61,666 bases of DNA, filler included, from Malassezia furfur (GCA_052055015.1; 6 parts of 6 records of this genome joined end to end with filler, not necessarily neighbours in it); one strand, 5' to 3'; numbered from the whole stretch's first letter, positions 11,200 to 23,071 are shown. Made by a program: numbers and translations. The notes: generated by a model from the letters alone, not told the origin.

Positions 11200-12918
11200 A
11201 TGAGTTCTGCGGACGCCTGGGTGCCGCACACGCCACACGCGCTACCACACACCGACGAGTATGCTACGCTGCATGCAGACCTCCCTGCCCACCACCGGCT
11301 CCCCGACGGGTCGCCGGACTATTTGCGCATGACGCTCGGCGCGCACCTGTACGACCTCGTGAAGCAGACGCCGCTGCAGCCGGCGACACGCCTGTCGAAC
11401 CGCCTGGGGTGCGAGATGCTGCTCAAGCGCGAGGACCTGCAGCCCGTGTTCAGCTTCAAGCTGCGCGGCGCCTACAACATGATGTGCCAGCTGCCCGACA
11501 CACAAAAGTGGAAGGGCGTTATTGCGTGCAGCGCCGGTAACCACGCACAGGGCGTCGCGCTCGCCGGCGCGCACCTCTCGATCCCGTGCACGATCGTGAT
11601 GCCGCGCGGCACGCCGAGCATCAAGTGGGAGAACGTGCAGCGCCTCGGCGCCAAGGTCGTCTTCCACGGGCAAAACTTCGACGAGGCCAAGGCGGAGTGT
11701 GCGCGGCTCGCCGCGAGCTACGGCCTGACCATCGTCCCGCCGTTCGACCACCCGCTCGTGATCGCCGGGCAGGGCACGGTCGGCGTCGAGCTGTGCTCGC
11801 AGGCGGACTTCTCCAACGTCGACGCTGTGTTTTGCGCGGTGGGCGGCGGCGGACTGCTGAGCGGCGTCGCGGCCTACATCAAGCGCATTGCGCCCCCGCA
11901 TGTCAAGGTGATCGGCGTCGAGACCTTCGACGCAGACGCACTCGCACGCAGCCTCGCCAAGGGCGAGCGCGTGACGCTCGACGAGGTCGGCCTCTTCTCG
12001 GACGGCACGGCGGTGCGCGTCGTGGGAGGCGAGTGCTTCCGCGTGTGCCACGAGCAGTGCGACGGCGTGGTGCGCGTGTCGAACGACGAGATCTGTGCCG
12101 CGATCAAGGACGTGTTTGAGGACACGCGCTCCGTCACGGAGCCGGCCGGCGCCTTGGCCGTCGCGGGGATGAAGCGCTACATCGCCGCGACGGGCGCCGC
12201 CGGCACCGGCAAGCGCTTCATTGCCGTGGTGAGCGGCGCGAACATGAACTTTAGCCGCCTGCGCTTCGTCGCGGAGCGCGCCGAGTACGGTGAGCAAAAA
12301 GAGGCGCTGCTCTCGATCGAGATCCCCGACGTGCCGGGCAGCTTCATGAAGCTCTACGAGCACATCATGCCGCGCGACGTCACCGAGTTTTCGTACCGCT
12401 ACAGCGGCGCCAAGACGGCGCTCATCTTTGCATCGGTCATGCTCAACGGCACGATTCCCACACGCAAGAACCCCGTGGTGGCCAGCGCCGAGCCGGCGCC
12501 GCCCGCGCAGTCGCTGCGCGACCTCGAGCTGAACGGCATCATCGAGGGCCTCCGGGGCGACGGCATGCCGGCGGTCGACATCACCGACGACGACTTTGTC
12601 AAGTCGCACGCGCGCTACCTGATCGGCGGGCGCGAGGACGTGCCGGACGAGCGCATGTTCCGCTTCGAGTTCCCCGAGCGCCCCGGCGCCCTGCGCAAGT
12701 TCCTCGAGATGATCGACGCCGGGTGGAACTTGTCGCTCTTCCACTACCGCAACCAGGGCGGCGACGTCGCCAAGGTGCTCGCCGGCATCCAGGTGCCGAA
12801 GCACACCGAGGCCAAGTTTGACGAGTTCCTCGCCAAGCTCGGCTACGCCTACTACGAGGAGACCCACAACAAGGTGTACCAGCGCTACCTGCGCCCGGAG
12901 CGCGCCGAGAACGCATAG
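11200..12918 (+). CDS. ILV1: Threonine dehydratase (biosynthetic)
   Basis: LKREDLQPVFSFKLRGAYN (PLP Lys), SAGNHAQG, C-terminal regulatory domains (FEFPERPGAL, LFHYRNQG). Confidence 0.96.
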   Translation: MSSADAWVPHTPHALPHTDEYATLHADLPAHHRLPDGSPDYLRMTLGAHLYDLVKQTPLQPATRLSNRLGCEMLLKREDLQPVFSFKLRGAYNMMCQLPDTQKWKGVIACSAGNHAQGVALAGAHLSIPCTIVMPRGTPSIKWENVQRLGAKVVFHGQNFDEAKAECARLAASYGLTIVPPFDHPLVIAGQGTVGVELCSQADFSNVDAVFCAVGGGGLLSGVAAYIKRIAPPHVKVIGVETFDADALARSLAKGERVTLDEVGLFSDGTAVRVVGGECFRVCHEQCDGVVRVSNDEICAAIKDVFEDTRSVTEPAGALAVAGMKRYIAATGAAGTGKRFIAVVSGANMNFSRLRFVAERAEYGEQKEALLSIEIPDVPGSFMKLYEHIMPRDVTEFSYRYSGAKTALIFASVMLNGTIPTRKNPVVASAEPAPPAQSLRDLELNGIIEGLRGDGMPAVDITDDDFVKSHARYLIGGREDVPDERMFRFEFPERPGALRKFLEMIDAGWNLSLFHYRNQGGDVAKVLAGIQVPKHTEAKFDEFLAKLGYAYYEETHNKVYQRYLRPERAENA

Positions 12919-12929
12919 AGAGATAGGGA

Positions 12930-15900
12930 CTACTGCGCTACGGACTGGTGCGACACCATCGTGCGGTACGCCGCACAGTGCTGCAGCAGCTCGGCGTGCG
13001 TCCCGCGCGCAACAATGCGCCCGTGCGAAAAGAGCACAATGTGGTCCGCCATGCGGATCGTGCGCATGCGGTGCGCCACGGTGACGATGGTGCACGCGTG
13101 CGACCGCTGCAGCGCCTCGAGCGTGTTTTGGAAGGCCTGCTCGCTCGTGGCGTCCATCGCCGAGGTCGGCTCGTCGAGCAACAGCAGTCGGGGGCGCCGC
13201 ACCAGCGCCCGCGCAATCGCCAGGCGCTGGCGCTGCCCGCCGGACAGGTGCGATCCGCCCGGTCCAACATCGGTCTGGTATCCGTCGGGCATGGCCATGA
13301 TCACGTCGTGGATGTGCGCATCTTTGCACGCCTGCACGATGCGGGGGTCCACCTCGCCAGAGGAAGTATGTACAGTGCGAGGAGACGCCGGCACCGCCGT
13401 CGACGACATGGGGTCGTCCAGGCCCAGCGCCACGTTGAAGGCCACCGTGCCGTGGAAGAGCATCGCGTCTTGGGGCACAATCGCCATGCCTTCGCGCAGC
13501 TCCGCCGTGGTCACCGCCGTGGTCTGCTTTCCGCCGACGCGCACCACGCCGTGGCTCGGCGTGTACAAATTTTCAATCAGGCTCAGGCACGTCGACTTGC
13601 CCGAGCCGCTCTCGCCGATCAGCGCGACAAACGCGCCGGCAGGCACCTCGAAACTCACGTCGCGCAGCGCCGGGTCAAGACGCTGGGCGTACGTGAAGGA
13701 CACCTGCTCAAACGTCACCGGCAGCGGCGTCCGCGGCGCGACGTCTGCGGCATGGCCCGTGCGCTTCGCCCCGAGCTCGAGGTCGCCGCCGGCATCTTCG
13801 GCGCCCCCAGCGCCCTCCGCCGCCGGCGCCTGCCCCTTTTCGTGCTCGTCGGCGTCGTCCGGCACGACATGCTCGCGGGGGATCTTGGCAAACTCGAGCA
13901 CCGAGAAGAGGTGCCCAGCCGAGACCTGCGCCTTGCTCAGGTCCGGCCCAAACGCGAGCAGCTGCCCGCTGGTCTGCGCGGAAAAGAGCAGCGCGGGGAG
14001 CACGGTGAAGAAGGCCACCTGCGAGTACCGCCCCTCGGCGACGTTGCGCGAGCCCCACCAGTACGCAAAGCCGTAGATAAAGTAGGAGATGCTCAGCGAC
14101 ACCGCAAGGAACACATTGCCGATCACAATGTGGCGCAGACTCTCGCGGTAGGGCTTCTCGAGCGCGTACTGGAACAGCTGGAGCACGTCGTTCTCGCGGC
14201 GCAGCGCAGCGACCGTCTGGATGTCCTGCGCGGCGTCGACGGCGATCGACGTCGACTTGGCGTACACCGTCTCGTGCCGCCGCTGGAACTCGGCGAGCAC
14301 CTTGAGCCGCAGGTAGCCAGACACGAGTAGGATCGGCACGGTGGCCAGGATGACGATCGCGATGCGCCACGCCACCGCATGCGCAAGCACAATGCCGGCA
14401 ACAAGGTTGACGAGGATGCTAAAGATGGTGCCGATCACGGTGCTCGTCAGCCCGCCGAGATTGCTCGTGTCCGCCACAAGCTCGGCGATCATCGACGAGG
14501 GCGCCGCGTGCCGCGTCTCGTACCACACGAGCCGCTGCGCAGCGAGCACCTCGACGATCTGCTTGCGCACACGCAGCAAAAGGCTCTCGGCGACGACGCC
14601 GAGCGATGCGCCGCTCAAAAAGTAGGCAAACAGCTCGATCAGCGCCAGGATAAAGAAGAACAGCGCAAACAAGTCCGCCTGCGACTCGACGCGGTCCGGT
14701 GACTGGCACGGGTTGAGCGCCTGGACGACGTGGCCAAACAGCACGGCCTCCCCGGAGTAGGCCCCGCCGATCACCGCACTCGCGCCAAGGCCCACGACCC
14801 AAAACAGCCACGAAGGCCCCGTGTAGCGCGCGAGGCGGCGCAGCGTCTGCCCGTGTGACAGCTGCGGCACCACCTCGGCAGGCTTCTCGGGGAGCGAGCG
14901 CGACTCGTGCACCGGCGCGGTGGCCGACTCGACGGGGTGCACAACCTTGCCGACCTCGTGCGTGTCGTTGAACACGCTGTTCTCGATCGGCCCGTGCATC
15001 ATCGCGTCGTCGTCGAGCGAAGAGGCGTCGTCCTCGCTGCCGCTCCCGACGTTCTCGTCCAGCTGCGCTGCGGCAAGGTCCGCGTACAGTCCTTGCTGCG
15101 CCAGCAGCTCGTCGTGCGTGCCTTGCTCGACGACGCGGCCATGCGCCATCACAATGATCCGGTCGTAGTGCTTAATGGTCGCGAGGCGGTGGGCAATCGC
15201 GATCGTCGTGCGCGGCTCGTCCATCCCATCGAGCGCCGCCTGCACCGCCAGCTCGCTGTGTGAGTCGAGCGCGGCGGTCGCCTCGTCGAGCAGCAGCACG
15301 CGCGGCTTCTTGATGATGGCGCGCGCAAGCGCAATGCGCTGCTTCTGCCCACCAGAGAGCGTGTGTGCAGCATGGCCGACGTGCGTGCGGTAGCCGTTGG
15401 GGAGCGCCTCAATAAAGGGGAGCGCATGCGCCGCACGCGCGGCGTCTTCCACGAGGCGCACCACTTGGCCCAGCGCGTCGCGGTGCTCCTCATCGACCTC
15501 GGCGAGCCAGCCGTCGGCGAGCGAGTCGTGCAGCGCAAAGCGCGAGAGGTAGAGCAGCGCAGGCTGCAGCTCGGCGTGCTTCGGGCTGTCCAGCAGCCCG
15601 TGTGCAATGTTCTCGAGCACGGTGCAGTCGGCGAGCATGGCGTCCTGCCCCACATAGCCCATCTGCGCGCGCAGCCACGGCAGGTTGAGCGCGTTGAGCG
15701 GCGTGCCGTCGTGCAGTGTAATGCTGCCCTCGGCCGGGTCGTAGAAGCGCTGCAGCAGTGCCGCGACGGTGCTCTTGCCGCTGCCGCTCGTGCCACATAT
15801 CCCCACACGCTCGCCGGCGCCGATCGTGAGCGAGGCGCCGTCGAGCACAAACGCCTCGGGGCGCGCGGGGTACGCAAAGCGCACGTCACGCAGCTCGAAG

Positions 15901-17015
15901 CCGAGCAGTTCGTCCGGCACGGTGCACCCAGCCGCGCCGCTCGCATCGATCGCAGGCGTGTGGTGCACAATTTCAAACAACCGGTTGCCCGCGCCGCCCG
16001 CGGACGAGAAGGCCTGCAGGTACGGTGCAATCTGGCCCACGACAAACGACGCGTCCAGCAGCAAAAAGATGACGGTGTACACCGCACCCACCGTCCCGCT
16101 CGGGTCCTCGTTGGGGTCGCGCATGCGGTCGGTCACGAGGCGCGAGCCGCTGTGGAACGCAAGCGCATTCGCGCTGTACGCCAGGAAGAAGAGGCACCCC
16201 AGCATCACGGCGGCTGCGAGCGCGCGATAGTAGCCGCTCTTGCGTGCGCGGCGCAGGTAGCCGTGGTAGACAACCCGCAGGGGCTTGAGCGCCTCAAACG
16301 CCTGGACGACGCGCAGGTGCGTCATGATCTCGGTCGCGAGGCCCGTTGCATCCGCGAGTTCTGCCGAGGAGCGCGCGGTGAAGCGCGAGCCGAGGTGTGC
16401 GCCCACCAGCGAGATGATCAGCAGCGCGGGCACGAGGCAGATGAGCTGCGCGGCGAGCACCGGCAGCATCCAAAAGGCCACGACGTACGAGGCGACGAAG
16501 TAGGCGAGCGACGCCAGCAGGATGCCCACCTTTTCGCTCGTCCCGTTCTGCACCGCCAGCAAATCCGCACTCAGGTGCGTATTGACTGCGCCGGGCGGCA
16601 GCGTGTCAAAGAACGCCATGTCCTGCGCGAGAAGCGAGCGCACGTAGGCCTCGCGCAGGCGGCGCACGACGCGCTCGCCAAATGCCGACCAGCAGCTTGT
16701 GTAGATCCAGATGAGCGCAAAGTTCGCCGCCGCAACGGCGATGATGTCGATGACATGATCGGCGACGAGGTCGAGAAAGTGGTCCGTGTCCTGCATGCCG
16801 CTCTGCGCCTGGCACACCTGCTGGTTGAACTGGTCGAGCATCTTGCCGAACAGCACGCCAATCACGGGCAGCGGCACACCCGCAGCGATCGCCGCAACCG
16901 TGCCGACGGTGATCAGTGCCCAGTCGGTGCGCTCCAGGTCGCGAAAGAGACGCAGGTAGCTCGCCGATGGCCGCCGCGCGGCGATCCACGCGCGGCTGCG
17001 CTGCGTCCAGGACAT
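12930..17015 (-). CDS. Full-length ABCB (MDR-type) ABC transporter
   Basis: TMD-NBD-TMD-NBD; Walker A GTSGSGKST and GESGSGKST, LSGGQKQR/LSGGQRQR, LLLDE. First ATG 17015. Confidence 0.93.
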   Translation of the reverse strand: MSWTQRSRAWIAARRPSASYLRLFRDLERTDWALITVGTVAAIAAGVPLPVIGVLFGKMLDQFNQQVCQAQSGMQDTDHFLDLVADHVIDIIAVAAANFALIWIYTSCWSAFGERVVRRLREAYVRSLLAQDMAFFDTLPPGAVNTHLSADLLAVQNGTSEKVGILLASLAYFVASYVVAFWMLPVLAAQLICLVPALLIISLVGAHLGSRFTARSSAELADATGLATEIMTHLRVVQAFEALKPLRVVYHGYLRRARKSGYYRALAAAVMLGCLFFLAYSANALAFHSGSRLVTDRMRDPNEDPSGTVGAVYTVIFLLLDASFVVGQIAPYLQAFSSAGGAGNRLFEIVHHTPAIDASGAAGCTVPDELLGFELRDVRFAYPARPEAFVLDGASLTIGAGERVGICGTSGSGKSTVAALLQRFYDPAEGSITLHDGTPLNALNLPWLRAQMGYVGQDAMLADCTVLENIAHGLLDSPKHAELQPALLYLSRFALHDSLADGWLAEVDEEHRDALGQVVRLVEDAARAAHALPFIEALPNGYRTHVGHAAHTLSGGQKQRIALARAIIKKPRVLLLDEATAALDSHSELAVQAALDGMDEPRTTIAIAHRLATIKHYDRIIVMAHGRVVEQGTHDELLAQQGLYADLAAAQLDENVGSGSEDDASSLDDDAMMHGPIENSVFNDTHEVGKVVHPVESATAPVHESRSLPEKPAEVVPQLSHGQTLRRLARYTGPSWLFWVVGLGASAVIGGAYSGEAVLFGHVVQALNPCQSPDRVESQADLFALFFFILALIELFAYFLSGASLGVVAESLLLRVRKQIVEVLAAQRLVWYETRHAAPSSMIAELVADTSNLGGLTSTVIGTIFSILVNLVAGIVLAHAVAWRIAIVILATVPILLVSGYLRLKVLAEFQRRHETVYAKSTSIAVDAAQDIQTVAALRRENDVLQLFQYALEKPYRESLRHIVIGNVFLAVSLSISYFIYGFAYWWGSRNVAEGRYSQVAFFTVLPALLFSAQTSGQLLAFGPDLSKAQVSAGHLFSVLEFAKIPREHVVPDDADEHEKGQAPAAEGAGGAEDAGGDLELGAKRTGHAADVAPRTPLPVTFEQVSFTYAQRLDPALRDVSFEVPAGAFVALIGESGSGKSTCLSLIENLYTPSHGVVRVGGKQTTAVTTAELREGMAIVPQDAMLFHGTVAFNVALGLDDPMSSTAVPASPRTVHTSSGEVDPRIVQACKDAHIHDVIMAMPDGYQTDVGPGGSHLSGGQRQRLAIARALVRRPRLLLLDEPTSAMDATSEQAFQNTLEALQRSHACTIVTVAHRMRTIRMADHIVLFSHGRIVARGTHAELLQHCAAYRTMVSHQSVAQ

Positions 17016-17435
17016 GGCCGACGTGCGAGACACCCCAAGCGAACACGAAAATGCGCCGCAGCGTCCGGCACAGCCTAGGAGGGAAGGAGTCGCACCTCAG
17101 ATGCACGGCGCCGCGTAAGAAAAAAAAAACGTGCGTCGTACGTCCGATGACCCTGGCGTTCTTCCGGCCGCGCCAGGTCCGACATGCGCGAGGAAGATCC
17201 GATCGGGAATTTTTTTTTTATCGATGGGCCGCCAACCAGTCGTTGGCGCACGATGCCCCGGCGCTTCGCGGCGACGCGGGGGGCGCTTCAATCAGATGCC
17301 CCGCCGGCGCGCACGGTCCCTCGGCCGAGATGGATCACTGATGCCAAGACGCCTCAGCGCACGCGTCCGTCCGCAGGCGAAGTGCCTGGCTGCGTCGCTT
17401 GCGAAGAACGGTGTGTCCACGCCTTGGACGAGGCC

Positions 17436-20400
17436 ATGGCGCGAGTACCGTTCCCAGACGTGACGGGCCTCCGTGTGCGTGCGCCGGCGCGCGACGCATT
17501 CGAGCGCTCGACGCTCAGCGCGCGCATCCGGCGTGCCGACTTGGAGGCCGTCGAAAAGCAGCACGACGCGGCGCCAGGCACCCTGGTGGCCGCTGCGTTT
17601 GGCCATGTGCTGCGTGCGTACCTCTTGCACGAGATCGACGAGGTCGCATTTGATTATAGCGCAAAGCGCACTTGCGAGATCATTGTGCGCAACGCACCGA
17701 CGGCGCACGATGCGATAGCCGCGATTTCGGCGCAGCTGCGTGCGCCGGCAGGCGCTGCGCAGGGTACATACGCTCTTGTCTTTGCGCCGGACCTTCCGCT
17801 CGAATCTGTGGCGCCGTGCGACGACCAGACGACGCTGGTTGTATACGCCCACCGCAGCGGACATGGCGACGACCTGGCGCTGACCCTCGCCGCGTCGTCG
17901 GCCGTGCACATCGAGGCGTCTGCACAGCTGATGCTTGCGCAGATCCACGCGGTGCTCCGTGCACTGCTGCAGGGTGCGCCGCCCCACACGGCATTTGCGC
18001 CGCTCGCCTACTCGTCGCTGACGCATCCGCACCCCGTCGAGCTCCACACCGACATGGGCCCGGGCGGGGTGGACGCCGAGCGCCTCGAGGACCAGTTTGT
18101 GCGCCGCGTGCGCGAGATGCCGGACGTCCCTGCGCTCGCATGCCGCACGACGCTCGAGCACACCGACGAGCTGAGCTACGCGGCGCTCGACGCGCGTGCC
18201 GATGCCATTGCGCAGCAGCTCTGGACGCTCGGTGTGGGCTATGCGTGCGCGGACGACGACGACGACGAGATTGTCGCGCTGTGCATGCCCAAGACGCTCG
18301 ACATGTATGCCGCGATCCTCGGTGTGCTCAAGGCGGGCGCCGCATGGTGCCCGATCGACGAGGCGTGGCCGGCCGCACGGCAGGCGGCGCTCCTTGAAAA
18401 GTCGCGTGCGCGCGTGGTGCTGGTGGGCGGCGCGGGTGCGGACGCGGTCGCGACGGTCGCGCCGGCACACATGGATGCCGTGCACCTCGACGCCATCCCA
18501 CCGGCGCCGCAGACGCCATTCACGGCGCCGAAGCGCTCGGCGTTCCGCGCATCGCCCGAGCGGCTCGCATACAAAATCTGGACGAGCGGCACGACCGGCC
18601 TGCCGAAAGCGGTCGGCATTGCGCACCGGGCGGCCGTACAGGGCATGCGCGCGCTGTGCGAGGCGGTGCCCACGACGTTTGCGGCGCGCGTCCCAGGCCA
18701 GCTGCGGTACCTCCAGTTTGCCGCCTATGTCTTTGACCTGTCCATCTTTGACATTTTCTACACATGGGCGCACGCCGGCACGGTGTGCTTTGCGCCGCTC
18801 GCGCTGCTGCTCAACCACCTCGCGCCGGTCGCGCGCGCGCTCGAGGTGACGCACACGCTCTTCACGCCTGCCGTGTCGGCGATGGTGCCGCGCGCCGCGA
18901 TTCCCTCCATGCGCGTGCTGATCAACGGCGGCGAGAAACTGTCGCAGGCGGTCGCCGACGAGTGGTCGCGGGGATGCACGCTGGTCAACATCTACGGCCC
19001 GGCGGAAGCGACGCTGTCGATCACGATGCACACCGTGCCGGAGGGCGACCCATACAAGGCGCACAACATCGGCTACACCTTCCCGACCGGCCTCACCGTC
19101 GTCGTCGACCGCGACGGGCAGATCGCGCCGCGCGGCGCGATCGGCGAGCTGCTCCTGGGCGGCCCGCAGCTCGCGCGCGGCTACATTGGCGACGACGACA
19201 AGACGCGCGACAAGTTTGTTACGCATCCGACACTCGGGCGCGTGTACCACACGGGCGACCTCGCGCGCTGCCTCTGGGACGGGCAGCTCGAGTACCTTGG
19301 GCGCAACGATGACCAGGTCAAGATCAACGGCGTGCGCATCGAGCTCCTCGAGATCAACGCGGCGGTCAAGACGGCCGACGACCGCGTGCGCGACGCCGAT
19401 ACCGTCGCGCTGCCTGGGCCGGACGACGAGCCGCGGATCGTGAGCTTTGTCGTGGCGCACGCCGACGACGACACACCGGTGCCCGAGCCGATCGCCGTGC
19501 GCGAGGACGCCGAGGCACGCGCGCTGGCGGCCGCGCTGCGCACGCGCGTGCAGGCGCTGCTCCCGTCGTACATGGTGCCGAACCACTTTTTGATCCTGCC
19601 CGCCTTCCCGCGCACCTCCTCGGCCAAGATCGACCGCGTGGCCATCCGCCGCGCCTACGACGCCCTCGACCTCGTCGCGTGGGAGGCCGCACTGCACAAC
19701 GGCGCGCCACGCGCCGACGACGCCGGCGCCGACGACGATGTCCTCGCGCATCCGCTGGCCCAGGCGCTGCGCACCGAGCTCCTGGCTTTGTGCCCGGTGC
19801 GCCCCGAGCAGGTCACGGCGCATGTGCCGCTCGCGGCGCTCGGCGTGAACTCGGTGCGGGCCATGGCGCTCGCGGCGCGCCTCGCTGCGTTCCAGCTGGG
19901 CGCCGCCGACTTTGTGCGGCACGACACCATCGCCAAGCTCGTCGCCGCTGCGTCGCACGCCGAGGCGGATGCCGGTGCGCAGGAGCGCAAGGCCGCGGCG
20001 CTGGCCGAGGCATACGCACGCACGTTTGCGCAGCTCGCGACGGACGACGTGCAAGTCCTGCCGGCGACGGCGCTGCAGCAGAGCATGCTTCTTGAGAGCG
20101 CGATCGACGCGCGCCGCTACTGGCTGCACCGCGTGGTGCCGGTGCGCCGCACCGTCTCGCTGGATGCGCTGCACACGGCCCTCACGCACGTCGTCGAGAC
20201 GTACGCCTGCCTGCGGACCGGTTTTGTGCCGGTGACGCTTCCGGACGGCGCAGACGGCGTGCCAGGGAGCACGCCGGACACCGCGGCGTACGCGCCGCTG
20301 TACGCCGCGCTCGTGCACCGCCACGCGTCGCCGCGCGTCGACGAGATCACGGTCGAGCTGCGCGCGGCCGATGCGCTCGACGCGGTGCGGCAGGACACGT

Positions 20401-20582
20401 CGCCGACCGACGGCACCCCGCCGGTCCGCGCCGTGCTGCTCCATGCCGCGGACGGCGACGCCGTCGTCTTGGTGGCGCACCACGCCGTGTACGATGCCGA
20501 GACCCTCGACCGTGTGCTGCATGCGCTGGACGCGGCGCTCGCGGGCGCCGACGCGCCAGCAGCGCCGGCGCCGCCCTTCTCG
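17436..20582 (+). CDS. Non-ribosomal peptide synthetase (A-T-C...), 3' truncated; possibly siderophore-type
   Basis: A-domain cores SYAALD, LAYKIWTSGTTGLPK, NIYGPAE, YHTGDL, GRNDDQVKING, LPSYMVP; T domain LGVNSVR; C domain HHAVYDA. The start codon is a best guess. Confidence 0.9.
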
Positions 20583-20682
20583 NNNNNNNNNNNNNNNNNN
20601 NNNNNNNNNNNNNNNNNNNNNNNNNNTTAATTAATTAANNNNNNNNNNNNNNNNNNNNNNNNNNNNNNNNNNNNNNNNNNNN
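20583..20682. other. Artificial contig linker
   Basis: N44-TTAATTAATTAA-N44. Confidence 0.98.
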
Positions 20683-20801
20683 CGCGCACGGGTACCATGG
20701 TGCTGCCGCGCTCGCCGATCAAGTCGACGTGGTCGGCACCGAGCGACCGCGAGGACGACGAAGTGCAGGTGTTTGACGCGACGATGCTGCCCCCTGGCTA
20801 A
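20683..20801 (+). CDS. Possible 3' end of an unidentified gene
   Basis: Open frame from the contig start (..LPRSPIKSTWSAPSDREDDEVQVFDATMLPPG*) with coding-like composition. Confidence 0.3.
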
Positions 20802-20893
20802 GCCGCTCGCCCAATAGATGTAGATCCCTCTCGCAACCGTTCTCTGCCGTGTGGAGGTCTGTTCCCCTCGACGTGTGGGGTCGACCGGGCGGC

Positions 20894-23068
20894 ATGTCGC
20901 GTGCGCAGTTCACGCCGTTTGTATCGCAGGTCAGCCCGTCATTCTGGAACACGCTTTCGGCACTCAAGCTGAATGAGCTGCAGCTGAGCGACGACATCAT
21001 TCATGCTCATGCCGAGTACACACCGTCCAAAACGACGCGCGACCGCGTGACGGGGTCCGAGCTCGGGTCACGGTGCCGGATCCGGCTCCAGGGCGACGGA
21101 ATGCGTGCCGATGGCGCAGTAGGAGACGCGCCTGTATCCACTGCGTACGTTGTTCTGTGCTGACATAGCCCACACGCGCCGAGCATGCCCGGCCTCGTGA
21201 AGAACTTCAACACCCTGCAAGAGTTCAAGGCGGCTGACAAACAGCGTTACTTCTACCAGGTGGTGGACGACATTTGGGCCGCAATCACGGGCACATCGCA
21301 GAATACACTGGCGTCTGTCAACAACCCCAACTGTTTCCTGCTGCTCACGTACGCGGACCTCAAATCGTATAAGTACTACTACTGGTTTGCCTTCCCCGCA
21401 CTGTTGACACACGCGCCGGGCTGGAGCCTGCCGCGCGCTGCGCCCGAGTGGCACCTCGCACAGGACGTCCTATCCGAGGCCCAGATGATCGCGCTCATGG
21501 CTGCGCTGCACGAGGCGGCCGGCACGGTGGCCTGCTTTGTATCGTTTGACGCACCCGACGACGTCCGTCTGTGGCCGCTCGACGAGGGGTCAGCGTACCT
21601 CGACCACACTGCGCCCACTGAGCGCCTCTTGGTGTTCGTCGACCCATCGCCGCACGAGCAGTACCCTGGGTGGCCGCTGCGCAACATCCTGACGTGTGTG
21701 CAGGTACGCCTCGGCCTGACATCGGTGCGGGTGCTGTGCTGGCGCGACCTATTTGAGGCGAGCCGCGCAGCAGGCGCACAAGATCCGGGGGGGCTCGTAT
21801 GGAAGAGCACGCTGGGGACGCTGGAGCTTGGCGATGCGCCGAGCGATGCGCTCGTGTGGCGCGGACGCAACACCTTTCTAAATGCGCGGGCGCATACGGC
21901 GCTGCCCGATGCAGTTGGCTGGGAACGCAACACGCAGGGGAAGCTAGCACCCAAGCTCGTGTCGCTCAGCGCGATGCTTGACCCCCACTACCTCGCGGAC
22001 CGTGCCGTGGACCTCAACCTGAAGTTGATGCGGTGGCGTGCGATGCCCAATCTTGCGCTCGAGATGATTCAAAGCGTTGATGCGCTGCTCATTGGTGCCG
22101 GGACGCTTGGGTGCGACGTTGCGCGCACATTGATGGGTTGGGGCATCCGCACCATCACCTTTGTCGACAGCGGGCGCGTGTCCTACTCCAACCCGGTGCG
22201 GCAGTCGCTATACGAGCTGGAGGACTGCATGGACGGCGGGCGATGGAAGGCACATACCGCGGCCGATGCGCTGCACCGCATTTTCCCCGGCGTGAACGCG
22301 ACCGGCCATGTGCTCGCGGTGCCCATGCCCGGGCACGTCGTGCCGCCTGCGTCGGTCCCGGCGACACTCGAGGCAATCGCCGAGCTCGAGCGTCTTGTGG
22401 CGCGGCACGACGTTGTGTTCTTGCTGACCGACTCGCGCGAGGCGCGATGGCTGCCGACGCTGCTTGGCGCCGCACACAACAAGCTCGTAATCAATGCGGC
22501 CCTGGGGTACGACTCGTACGTCGTGATGCGGCACGGCGTGCGCTCGCCACACCAGCACCCGCGCCTTGGCTGCTACTTTTGCAACGACGTCGTGGCGCCC
22601 GCCGACTCGCTCAGCAACCGCACGCTCGATCAGCTGTGCACCGTCACGCGTCCAGGGCTCTCCCGGATCGCGGCAGGCACCGCCGTCGAGCTCATGGTGT
22701 CGGTACTGCAGCATCCGCTAGGCGCAGCGGCGCCGCCGCCGCGGCGGCAGCCGCAGCAACGTGTGGCGGCGCCCGGCGAACCCGAGCCCGGCACCACCGA
22801 ATTGGGCAGTGTACCCCAGCAGGTGCGCGGCTACTTGTCCGACTTTACGACGCTCACTATGTTCAACTATGCGTTTGAGCGCTGCACCGCGTGCTCGCCC
22901 GCGGTGCTTGACGCGTACGAGCAGGGCGGCCACGACATGATTCTCGACGTGTGCAACGACTCCATGTGCCTCGAGCACATTTCGCGCCTGGACGACCTCA
23001 AGCGAGAGACAGACGCGCTCGATCTCGACCTCGACTGGAGCGACGACGAGGCACACAGCGAGCCATAG
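20894..23068 (+). CDS. ATG7: Autophagy E1-like activating enzyme
   Basis: YADLKSYKYYYWFAFPAL, VDLNLKLMRWR, GAGTLGC, catalytic LDQLCTVTRPG; 24-nt intron 21145-21168 containing an in-frame TGA. Confidence 0.96.
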
Positions 23069-23071
23069 ACA

